Below are positions 29,497-37,806 of a DNA stretch of 64,000 nt, in pieces. The translations under genes and the position numbers were made by a program. The DNA comes from an uncultured delta proteobacterium (GTDB lineage: Bacteria > Desulfobacterota > Desulfuromonadia > Geobacterales > Pseudopelobacteraceae). How positions within the stretch are numbered: position 1 is the first letter of the stretch; each line of letters opens with the position of its first letter. The stretch is from positions 256,001 to 320,000 of the forward strand of contig CAVYYZ010000008.1 in assembly GCA_963772835.1 (NCBI GenBank), written 5' to 3'. Under the pieces are notes generated by a model, which did not search any database, had not been told where the DNA came from, and was given only the letters and a program-made list of their open reading frames with translations.

Positions 29497-31122
29497 TTAT
29501 TTTTTTACTTCATTCTTTGTAACAACAGCCATCGCATCGTTCAGAATCTTCACGCCCGCCTTCGAGGCTGAGATTGATCCGGTAAGGCTTTCACGGGCCA
29601 GTCCCGGGTTATGGAAACCATCCGAATTTTCAGCGGTCCAGTACTCCCACAGAGCATGGGCTTCTTCGTGTTTCTCTCTCGCCTGGGTCAACACGCTCTC
29701 GACTACCCCGAGTCGTTTGGCAATTGCGTACGTGTCGATCAACTGGCCGAGCCAGTATTCTGCCTTGCGCATTTTCCCTTTGCTGTAGTTCTGGACAGCC
29801 TCGATCTCGTACAGTTTCTGCTCAACCGTTGATTTTGGATGGCATCCAAGGCACGCTTCCTTGATATGGTTTTTGGGTCTAATCACGCCATGAGTGGAGA
29901 ACATTTTGCCGTTTTTACCCTTCTGCTTCGGCATATGGCACTGATGGCACTGGACACCGGCCTTGTCATGGACGCTTCCTGCGTACGTTTCGGCCTCAGG
30001 ATGCTGGAACTTGATCAGTCGGGCTCCGGTGACGGCGTGCTTAAAGTCGAAGAAGTCGAGATCTTTATAGTGCTTCAGCAATTGTAGAGAGTTCTTGAGC
30101 GGAAAATGGTTGGTGCGCTGGTCGCTGTAGACAACCTTGGCACCGTCGCTCCACTGGTTACCGCCGCCGCAGTTGTACTCCACGTGGCACTGGGCGCACA
30201 TCATACGGGAATCGGTCTTTTCCATGATGCCGATCTTGCGGAAACTGTCGCGGAACGAGATCACCTTCAGGTCTGTCGTGCCCTCCTTGGCAAAGATATT
30301 TCCCTTGGGGTCGCGCTCGATTGCCTGGATCAGGCCGTCACGTACAACGCGGGGCTGTGTCCCGTGAGGATCGTGACAATGAATGCAGCCGACCGCGTTA
30401 TTGGTGTCCTTGGCGACATCAACCACGTTTGAGGTGCGGTCCCACGTGGCCTTGGGATCCTTGTCCCCCATGAATTTCCATTTGAGGATATGGTCCGAGG
30501 TCTTGCACTGGATGCAGGTCGGATTGCCGGCCATGGCTGATTCCTTCAATTTGTAATCCTTGCCCTTGTCTTCCAGAACATCCCATACCTTGCCGGATTT
30601 ATCGATTCCCTTCCAGCCATCCTTGAACTGAAAACGTCCCCCCTGGAAACGATCCACGGCAAACTGATCGATGACCATGAAGGCGTGGCCGCGCGGTTCA
30701 TTGTGCTCAAAGGTGAACCCGTACGGTTCCAGCAGTTTGTCCTGCATCGGAGACCTGCCGGTCGGCGTACCCTTCTCTTTGCGGGCGGCACCTTCATAGC
30801 TCATCTTGAAGAAGCTGTTGTACTGGTCTTTGTGGCATGTGCCGCAGAGCGACTGGTCGATGACAGTCACCGGCTTGTTCTTCTCCGGGTCAGTCATGTG
30901 GGCACCCAGTTTGTCGTGGCAGACCGTACAGGCAAGTTTGGCATGTTTGGAGCCTTCCTTAAGCGCCTTGATCTCGTCATGGCACTCATAGCATTTGGCG
31001 CGTCCATCATTGGCAACTTTTGCAGCCGGTTTTGCCTTGGCGGCTGTTGTCATGACGGGGATCGACAATACGCCAACTGCCCCGATGACGGCCGCAGCAA
31101 GGGCCAGATTCTTCTTCAACAT
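29497..31122 (-). CDS. Octaheme cytochrome c nitrite reductase (ONR, ammonia-forming; TvNiR-like)
   Basis: Sec signal; seven CxxCH motifs (CYECH, CTVCH, CGTCH, CIHCH, CAQCH, CHQCH, CLGCH) plus catalytic CIQCK; HNEPRGH, CHVEYNC, KFQHPE and AENSDGFHN motifs. Confidence 0.92.
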   Translation of the reverse strand: MLKKNLALAAAVIGAVGVLSIPVMTTAAKAKPAAKVANDGRAKCYECHDEIKALKEGSKHAKLACTVCHDKLGAHMTDPEKNKPVTVIDQSLCGTCHKDQYNSFFKMSYEGAARKEKGTPTGRSPMQDKLLEPYGFTFEHNEPRGHAFMVIDQFAVDRFQGGRFQFKDGWKGIDKSGKVWDVLEDKGKDYKLKESAMAGNPTCIQCKTSDHILKWKFMGDKDPKATWDRTSNVVDVAKDTNNAVGCIHCHDPHGTQPRVVRDGLIQAIERDPKGNIFAKEGTTDLKVISFRDSFRKIGIMEKTDSRMMCAQCHVEYNCGGGNQWSDGAKVVYSDQRTNHFPLKNSLQLLKHYKDLDFFDFKHAVTGARLIKFQHPEAETYAGSVHDKAGVQCHQCHMPKQKGKNGKMFSTHGVIRPKNHIKEACLGCHPKSTVEQKLYEIEAVQNYSKGKMRKAEYWLGQLIDTYAIAKRLGVVESVLTQAREKHEEAHALWEYWTAENSDGFHNPGLARESLTGSISASKAGVKILNDAMAVVTKNEVKK

Positions 31123-31202
31123 GGTGGTTCTCCTTTCCGGGGGTATGTGCTTTCACTTCTCCTTGACGATGCCATCCATTCTGCAAGGGGAGTGAGGGCT
31201 TC

Positions 31203-31216
31203 TTGAAGCATGTCAA
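31203..31216. promoter_or_regulatory. FNR/HcpR-like box upstream of ONR
   Basis: TTGAA-GCAT-GTCAA, one mismatch to TTGAC-N4-GTCAA, about 80 nt before the ONR start. Confidence 0.6.
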
Positions 31217-31235
31217 CTTTAATGAATAATCAGTT

Positions 31236-31592
31236 CTAATGTTGTCTCGGAATCAACACCACGGCTTTTGGTTCGACCGGGCAGACATATTCACAGTTCC
31301 CGCAACCATCACAAAACTGCGGGTTGATTCTGATCCCTACTCCAGGGTTCAGTTTAATGGCCTTTGGCTTGCAAATCTCAACGCAGGCTGAACACTCATT
31401 GGTGCGCGCCAGGCAGCGCTCGTTGAATGCGTCAGCCACCAAATCGGGGTGCGGTTCCGGTACTGGTACTGAATCCAGAGATACCACCGGTATGCTTGGG
31501 AGACGTACTTTAATGGTTTCGGCAATATCCAGGGCTGTTTTTCCGAGAGAGAACAGTCCCTGTTTGAAAAAATCCTTACGGGAGATACTCAT
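31236..31592 (-). CDS. NapF/NapG-like 4Fe-4S ferredoxin
   Basis: SRKDFFK N-terminus; CLA....CSACVEIC and CDGCGNCEYVCP motifs. Confidence 0.85.
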   Translation of the reverse strand: MSISRKDFFKQGLFSLGKTALDIAETIKVRLPSIPVVSLDSVPVPEPHPDLVADAFNERCLARTNECSACVEICKPKAIKLNPGVGIRINPQFCDGCGNCEYVCPVEPKAVVLIPRQH

Positions 31593-32026
31593 GATTTTTG
31601 CTCTTCCAGAACCTTGAGCCGTTCCTTCAATACCTTTTCCTTCTGAAAGCGTGCCGTAATATCCCTGATGATCGCACCGGTGCCGAGAACGGAGCCGTCC
31701 TCACCCCGGACGATAACCATGCTGAATTCCAGTGACAGCCTGGTGCCGTCCTTGCGAATGCCGGGGGCGGACAGGAGCTCAGTTCCATAACGGGTCACAC
31801 CGCTTGCCATGACCTTGTGATATCCATCCCAGTGCCTGCCGCGAAGGTTCTCAGGAATGATCAGGTCGAGGCTTTTACCCTCCGCCTCGGCGGAGGAATA
31901 GCCAAACATTGCCTCGGCTCCCTTGTTCCAAAGCCGGATTGCACCTTCATGGTCGGCAAACATAATCGCGTCGCTGTTCTGCTTGACGATCTGCTCACTT
32001 AACCAGACAAATGACATGTTATGCAT
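31589..32026 (-). CDS. Stand-alone PAS-domain protein
   Basis: DAIMFAD, WNKGAE.MFGY, LDLIIP, RKDG and IIRDIT PAS/PAC motifs; no output domain. Confidence 0.88.
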   Translation of the reverse strand: MHNMSFVWLSEQIVKQNSDAIMFADHEGAIRLWNKGAEAMFGYSSAEAEGKSLDLIIPENLRGRHWDGYHKVMASGVTRYGTELLSAPGIRKDGTRLSLEFSMVIVRGEDGSVLGTGAIIRDITARFQKEKVLKERLKVLEEQKS

Positions 32027-32150
32027 AGAGTTTCTCCTTGGATAACGTAACTGATCAGGTTGCTAGCCTGAAGGCTGACGGGATAACTCCAATAGACTAT
32101 CACCTAACTCAGGATCCTTCAGCCTTCATCATTCAAACCTTAAAACCTGT

Positions 32151-33536
32151 TTAACATGGCATCTCCGCATTCTTACGAGAATAGTACCACCAAGTCATGA
32201 CAATGCAACTGACGTAGAAAATTATAAATCCGTACAGGGCTGCATCCGGACCACCGGTGGTTGCGATGGAGGAACCGAAACTCTTGGGGATGAAGAAGGC
32301 TCCGTAGGCGGCAAAGGCCGAGGTAAAGCCAAGTACTGCAGCCGATTCCTTGCCGGCGTCTTTGATGGCCTGCTCCTGGGCTTCCACGCCTTTCCCCTCT
32401 GCGTCGCGCTGTCGCTCGGTAAGAAAAATGACTGGGATCATACGGAATGTGGAGCCGTTACCGATTCCTGTGGCGAAGAAGAGGAGAATGAACAGCGCCA
32501 GAAAACCCCAGAAGTTTCCGCCTGCGCCACCATGAGGCAGGAAAAAGAGAACGCCAAAGACCGCGATCGCCATAATGATAAAGTTCCAGAACGTAACTGC
32601 TGCGCCTCCCAGTTTGTCTGCCATCCAGCCACCCAGTGGCCTTGAGAGAGCACCTACCAGCGGGCCAAGGAAGGCGTACTGGGTTGGATTGACATCAGGG
32701 AACTGAGATTTAATCAGGAGCGGAAGGCCAGCTGAGTAACCGATGAATGAACCGAAGGTTCCGAGGTAAAGCCAGCACATGATCCAGTTATGTCTGCGTC
32801 TGAAAATGATCGATTGCTCCTTGAACGAAGCTTTGGCGCTGGCGATGTCATTCATGCCGAACCAGGCGGCGATCGTCGAGGCAACGATGAACGGTACCCA
32901 GACGAACCCGGCGTTTTGCAGCCAGATGGATTTGGTTACGCCTTTGATCACGCAGACCTGTGGGTCGCCGCACAACGCGCTGAACATGCCGGTGGTTATC
33001 ACGAGCGGCACGAGGAACTGCATCGCGCTGACTCCCAGATTCCCCAGGCCGGCGTTCAACCCCAGCGCGGTTCCCTTCTGCGACTTGGGATAGAAAAAAC
33101 TTATATTTGCCATGCTCGACGCGAAGTTCCCCCCTCCAAAGCCGCAGAGGAGTGCCAGTATCAGCATCGTTGTATAACTGGTGTTCGGATCGCGCACAGC
33201 AAACCCGATGCCGATAGCCGGGATCAGGAGCGATGCCGTGCTGATGGAGGTCCATTTTCTGCCGCCGAATATCGGCACCATGAATGAATAAAATATCCTC
33301 AGGGTTGCGCCCGACAACCCGGGGAGCGCCGCAAGCCAGAAAAGCTTGTTAGGATCATATTTGAAACCGATATTCGGCAGATTGACGACAACCACGCTCC
33401 AGACCATCCAGACCGAGAAGGCTAGCAGTAGCGCCGGGATAGAGATCCAGAGATTGCGGCTGGCAACTCTCTTTCCTTTCTTCTCCCAGAAATCCTTATC
33501 TTCCGGGCTCCACTCTGTTAGTACTCGTGATGACAT
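32151..33536 (-). CDS. narK: NarK2-type nitrate/nitrite antiporter
   Basis: W.PED..FW, RNLWIS, GFGGGNFASSMANIS and GIGNGSTFRMIP motifs. Confidence 0.93.
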   Translation of the reverse strand: MSSRVLTEWSPEDKDFWEKKGKRVASRNLWISIPALLLAFSVWMVWSVVVVNLPNIGFKYDPNKLFWLAALPGLSGATLRIFYSFMVPIFGGRKWTSISTASLLIPAIGIGFAVRDPNTSYTTMLILALLCGFGGGNFASSMANISFFYPKSQKGTALGLNAGLGNLGVSAMQFLVPLVITTGMFSALCGDPQVCVIKGVTKSIWLQNAGFVWVPFIVASTIAAWFGMNDIASAKASFKEQSIIFRRRHNWIMCWLYLGTFGSFIGYSAGLPLLIKSQFPDVNPTQYAFLGPLVGALSRPLGGWMADKLGGAAVTFWNFIIMAIAVFGVLFFLPHGGAGGNFWGFLALFILLFFATGIGNGSTFRMIPVIFLTERQRDAEGKGVEAQEQAIKDAGKESAAVLGFTSAFAAYGAFFIPKSFGSSIATTGGPDAALYGFIIFYVSCIVMTWWYYSRKNAEMPC

Positions 33537-33564
33537 TGGTGGTCTCCTTTTTACAGTTCTATTG

Positions 33565-35103
33565 TTATGACGGTACGTTCGTTACGGTCCCTTCGATCTT
33601 GCGCATATCCTTCGGGTGTTTCTCGGACATCATCTTTTTTACGACATAGTTCAAGGAGAGAAGGCAGACCAGCGACAGGGCAAACATGAACATCCAGCAG
33701 CTGCTCCAGAGTCCGGTCCATTCCAGCAGATAACCGAAAACGATCGGACAGACAAAACCGCCCAGGCCGCCCAGAACTCCTACCATGCCGCCGACTACGC
33801 CAACCTCCTCCGGGAAGTAGTCCGGAATAAGTTTGTAGACCGCCGCCTTGCCGATCCCCCAGGTGCTGCCCAGGATAAAAACCAAGGCGGCAAAGATCCA
33901 GACGTTGGCCTGGAAGGAAATTCGTGTTACCCCCTTGGCGAGCAGTTCCTTCTTTTTTACCGTCTGCCCGACAGCAACCACCGGTTCCTGCCAAGTCTGC
34001 TTCCTGGGAAAAACCAGCATCTTGTCATCAAACTTCTCCAAAACTTCCGGTTTTGCCTTTAACGTGTATGGCTGCTCGTTGCCAACTGCGGATGAAGCGA
34101 TCACTTCCTTGACCATTACAGAGGCTGGCGTTACCTCCTTAACCACTCCGCTTCGCTTTGCCATGACGCCACGGCCGGGCGAATAGATTTCCATCTTCGG
34201 TACAATTACCAGGAGGCTGATCAGTGTTGAAGCTCCCAGTACCCAGAACATGATCTGGCGACCACCGAATTTGTCGGACATCCACCCACCCAGGGCACGG
34301 ATTACTCCTGACGGGACACTGAACAGCGAGGCAAACAGTCCGGCAGTCACCAAAGGCAGGTAATAGACGTTGACGAAATAGGGGACAAGCCACTGGGAAA
34401 AGGCGACAAAGCAGCCGAATACCAGGAAGTAATACATGCCGAAGCGCCAGACGCGGATATGCTTGAGCGGGGTCAGCATCTGAGTAAAGGATTTGCCGGA
34501 ACTGGCCGGTTTTTTGTTCTCGCTGAAGAGCATGAAGATCACGCCCATAGCTACAAGGATCATGGCGTAATAGACAGGAAGCTGCCGCCACCCCTCAATA
34601 TTAGCGCCGTTATTGGTCAGCTTATTGAGCATAGTAGGGGCAAACAGCGTGGTTAGGGCCGCCCCGGCATTTCCGGCGCCAAAGATACCAAGCGCCGTTC
34701 CCTGCCGTTCTTTGGGATACCAGACCGAAGTAAAGGCGATACCGATGGAAAAGCTTACTCCGACCATGCCAAAACCAAAACTGCAGAGTGCGAATGAGGT
34801 AAAGCTGTCGGCCTTGGACAGCAGATACATGGGGAGGGCACAGAGGAACAGGAGCGCCCCGAAAACGGGCTTGCCACCGAACTTGTCGGTCAGCATGCCG
34901 GCCGGGAGGCGGAACAACGAGCCGGTCAGGACCGGAATCCCAAACAGCCAGCCGATTTTCACCGGACCCCAGTTAAATACCTGGTTATCGACCAGAAATG
35001 TTACCAGTACGCCGTTGAACATCCAGGCGCCAAAGCAGACCGTAAAGGCCAGGGTATTGAGAAAGAGAATTTTATGTGATTTAGCGGTAGCGGTTTCCAA
35101 CAT
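33565..35103 (-). CDS. narK: NarK1-type nitrate transporter with a ~95-aa soluble insertion
   Basis: NTLAFTVCF, GIFGAGNAG, YFLVFG and GIGKAAVYK motifs; extra hydrophilic segment encoded at ~33910-34200. Confidence 0.9.
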   Translation of the reverse strand: MLETATAKSHKILFLNTLAFTVCFGAWMFNGVLVTFLVDNQVFNWGPVKIGWLFGIPVLTGSLFRLPAGMLTDKFGGKPVFGALLFLCALPMYLLSKADSFTSFALCSFGFGMVGVSFSIGIAFTSVWYPKERQGTALGIFGAGNAGAALTTLFAPTMLNKLTNNGANIEGWRQLPVYYAMILVAMGVIFMLFSENKKPASSGKSFTQMLTPLKHIRVWRFGMYYFLVFGCFVAFSQWLVPYFVNVYYLPLVTAGLFASLFSVPSGVIRALGGWMSDKFGGRQIMFWVLGASTLISLLVIVPKMEIYSPGRGVMAKRSGVVKEVTPASVMVKEVIASSAVGNEQPYTLKAKPEVLEKFDDKMLVFPRKQTWQEPVVAVGQTVKKKELLAKGVTRISFQANVWIFAALVFILGSTWGIGKAAVYKLIPDYFPEEVGVVGGMVGVLGGLGGFVCPIVFGYLLEWTGLWSSCWMFMFALSLVCLLSLNYVVKKMMSEKHPKDMRKIEGTVTNVPS

Positions 35104-35143
35104 CAGCAAGTCCTTTCAAAGCTCGATTCAATCATCAAAAAAA

Positions 35144-35809
35144 TTATTTTGAGCGCCAGCGATACAGGATCGGCGGGTCCATCAGGAATCGGAGCGGGAC
35201 GTAGAGCAGGTGCACGAGCTTGGTAAACGGCAGCAGTGCCACGATCAGGAAGGCACAGGCTGCATGGAGCTTGAAGACCAACGGGAAGTCGGCCATATAT
35301 TCAATCTGCGGATTGAAAGTTACCAGCGACCAGAAATAGGGGACCACGCTATGCAGGTACCATTGAGATCCCCAGCGCATGAATGTTGCGACATAGACAC
35401 CGGAAAGGCTTTGTGCCGCCAGCAGATAGAGCAGTACCCAATCCGAGTAGAATGTAACCCGCTTCAAAAGAGGGGTGTTTACGCGGCGCAGTAACAGCGC
35501 CAGACAACCGAACAGGGCGAAGAGGCCAAGCGCCAGTCCGATGCTCTCGAAGATGATCAGATTGTTCTGATTCCCGAGAATCGCCTTCATCGGCCCGGGG
35601 AAAACAACACCAAGAAAATGGGCCGCTAGAACCGGCAGGATGCCATAGTGCCAGGGATTTATCCCCCAGAAGAGTCGGTCACGCTCCAGAAATTGCGTAG
35701 AGTAGGCCGACCATGTCAGGCGATTAGAGTAGAAGCGGTACGGTGTTGCAAAGATTAATAGCGCCAGAGCGGTGTAGGGCATCACGATAAAAATAAAATT
35801 GTTCAGCAT
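35144..35809 (-). CDS. narI: Respiratory nitrate reductase gamma subunit
   Basis: Four heme-b His in WHYG...AHF and KLH...PFTKLVH; five TM helices. Confidence 0.93.
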   Translation of the reverse strand: MLNNFIFIVMPYTALALLIFATPYRFYSNRLTWSAYSTQFLERDRLFWGINPWHYGILPVLAAHFLGVVFPGPMKAILGNQNNLIIFESIGLALGLFALFGCLALLLRRVNTPLLKRVTFYSDWVLLYLLAAQSLSGVYVATFMRWGSQWYLHSVVPYFWSLVTFNPQIEYMADFPLVFKLHAACAFLIVALLPFTKLVHLLYVPLRFLMDPPILYRWRSK

Positions 35810-36351
35810 GGCTGCACCTCCTTACAATCTTCAGCACAGAGCAGTCGGGCCGTTTCAACCAGCACCTTCCAGTGGGAATCCTGCCGGGAGGCAAAGGCGG
35901 CAGAGAGCCGTTCCACCCCCGGCAGCACGCATTCGGCGATGAATGGCTGTCGTGTCCCCTGTTCCTCCTGACGTGCCAGATGGGCCAGAAAACCAAGTAC
36001 CACCGACAGGTGGTCGGGAAGTTCGGTTCCTGATGGGGATGTATCCGCATCGTTCGAACTCCTGTTTCAGCATGATCATGTAGCTGCCTTTCTTCTGGTT
36101 GTCTCCAAAGAGATGATGTCCCAGATACGGGGCGGTGGCCGGATTGAAGTCGAAGGTGGCAACGTACTCCTCCTGAAGTGCCGCCAGAGATGAAGCGGCA
36201 GCAAACCCGGCAAAAGATGGAGAGGGAGCTGTTCAGTCGCTGCTTGTTCAAAAAGGTGCTGACAAGAGTCATAATCGACCTGCAGCAGTTCCTTGTCCTC
36301 CGGATAGTCGAGCATCCGGGCAAGGGCATCGTAGCTGGCGGAAATGGTCAT
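35803..36351 (-). CDS. narJ: Nitrate reductase Mo-cofactor chaperone NarJ, with three apparent single-base insertions
   Basis: LDYP, LQEEYVATFDF, PYLG and ELPDHL motifs are spread over frames. Removing bases at ~36267, ~36213 and ~36036 gives a continuous ~181 aa protein. Confidence 0.85.
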
Positions 36352-37802
36352 TTCGGCCCCCTTGTCTTCTTCAGGATACCGAAACCGCTGGCACCCTTGC
36401 GCTGGTATGAGTCCTGCTCTTCCCGCTGCTGGGTCGGGATAATGTTCCTCTCACGGTATGGGGCGATGGTAAAGAGGCGATAGAGGCGATTTGCCCCCTC
36501 TTCGTCCAGTCCCGCATTTTTAAGGATAGACTCTTCGATCGGTTGGCCAAGGTTGCCGGCGCGTTTGAAGAGCCGCAGGGCAATCTGTTTCCGCAAGATT
36601 TCGGCAATAATTTCCTGGTTGCCACCGGACAGAAGGTTTGCCAGGAAGCTGATTGGTGCCCGCATTTTTTCAAGGAGCGGGAACGTGCCATGGTCGGCCA
36701 GTTCATGGAGATCGCCACCGCTGGAAATTACCGGAGAGAGTGAGGGGATGTAGTAGGCCATCGGCATGGTACGAAATTCAGGATGTAACGGCAGTGCGAC
36801 GGCAAATTCTTTCACCAGGGCATATACCGGTGATTTTTCGGCAGCCTCCAGCCACTGATCCGAGACCCCGTTCTGTGCGGGCAGCTTCCCGTGACTGCCG
36901 GATCGTGCGGATCCAGGATGACGTCACGATGAGCCGCCACCAGTTGATCGTCGGGCTTGAGAAGCGCTTCTTCGACACGGTCGGCATCGTAGAGCAGCAC
37001 GCCGACGTGACGGATTCTGCCGACGCAGCTGTGTGCGCAGGCGTTGCACTGGCCGGTCTCGGTACGCGGGAAACAGAAGATGCACTTCTCCGCCTTGCCG
37101 CTCTGCCAGTTGAAATAGACCTTTTTATACGGACAGGCACTGGTGCAGAAACGCCACCCTTTGCAGACCTCCTGATCCACCAGCACGACGCCATCCTCGC
37201 CCCGTTTGTAGATCGCACGGGACGGACAGGAGGCGACGCAGGCCGGATTCAGACAGTGATTGCAGATGCGGGGGAGGTAGTGCATGAACATGCGCCCGTA
37301 ATCTTCGACCAGGGTGCGGTCTTCAAGATTGTACGTCCTCTACGGCATAGACCTGCGAGCCGGAGAGATCGTCGTCCCAGTTAGGCCCCCCCGTGATCTT
37401 TTCAATCCGCTCACCGGAGACCTGGGAAAAAGCCTCGGCTACCGGTTGATCGCTGCCGGGGGGGGCTTTGTACAGGTTGCTGTAGTCGAAGTCGAACGGC
37501 TCATAGTAGTCCTCCAGCTTCGGCATGTTGGGCTGGAAGAACATGTTCAGCAGTGTCGGTCCTTTGCCCAGTGCACGAAGCTTCAACTTTCCATTCTCGC
37601 GAAGCCAACCGCCTTTGAAGATGTTCTGATTTTCCCACTTTTTGGGGTAGCCGACACCCGGTTTTGTTTCGACGTTGTTCCACCACATGTACTCGGCACC
37701 CTTGCGGTCGGTCCAGATGTTCTTGCAGGAGATGCTGCAGGTGTGACAGCCGATGCACTTGTCCAGATTGAATACCATTACCAGTTGAGCTCGTACGTCC
37801 AT
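36348..37802 (-). CDS. narH: Respiratory nitrate reductase beta subunit NarH, with three apparent single-base insertions
   Basis: NLDKCIGCHTC, YLPRICNHCLNPAC, CKGWRFC...CPYKK, KCIFC and PLHPEFRT motifs. Removing bases at ~37332, ~36892 and ~36876 restores ~483 aa. Confidence 0.92.
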
Positions 37803-37806
37803 TGCC

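Noticed and set aside
29497..31122. Calling this gene canonical pentaheme nrfA
   Set aside because: It has three extra N-terminal CxxCH motifs (eight hemes in total) and no nrfH neighbour.
37323..37325. Selenocysteine or stop readthrough at the TGA ending the first narH fragment
   Set aside because: The protein continues in a different frame, so a +1 indel explains it.
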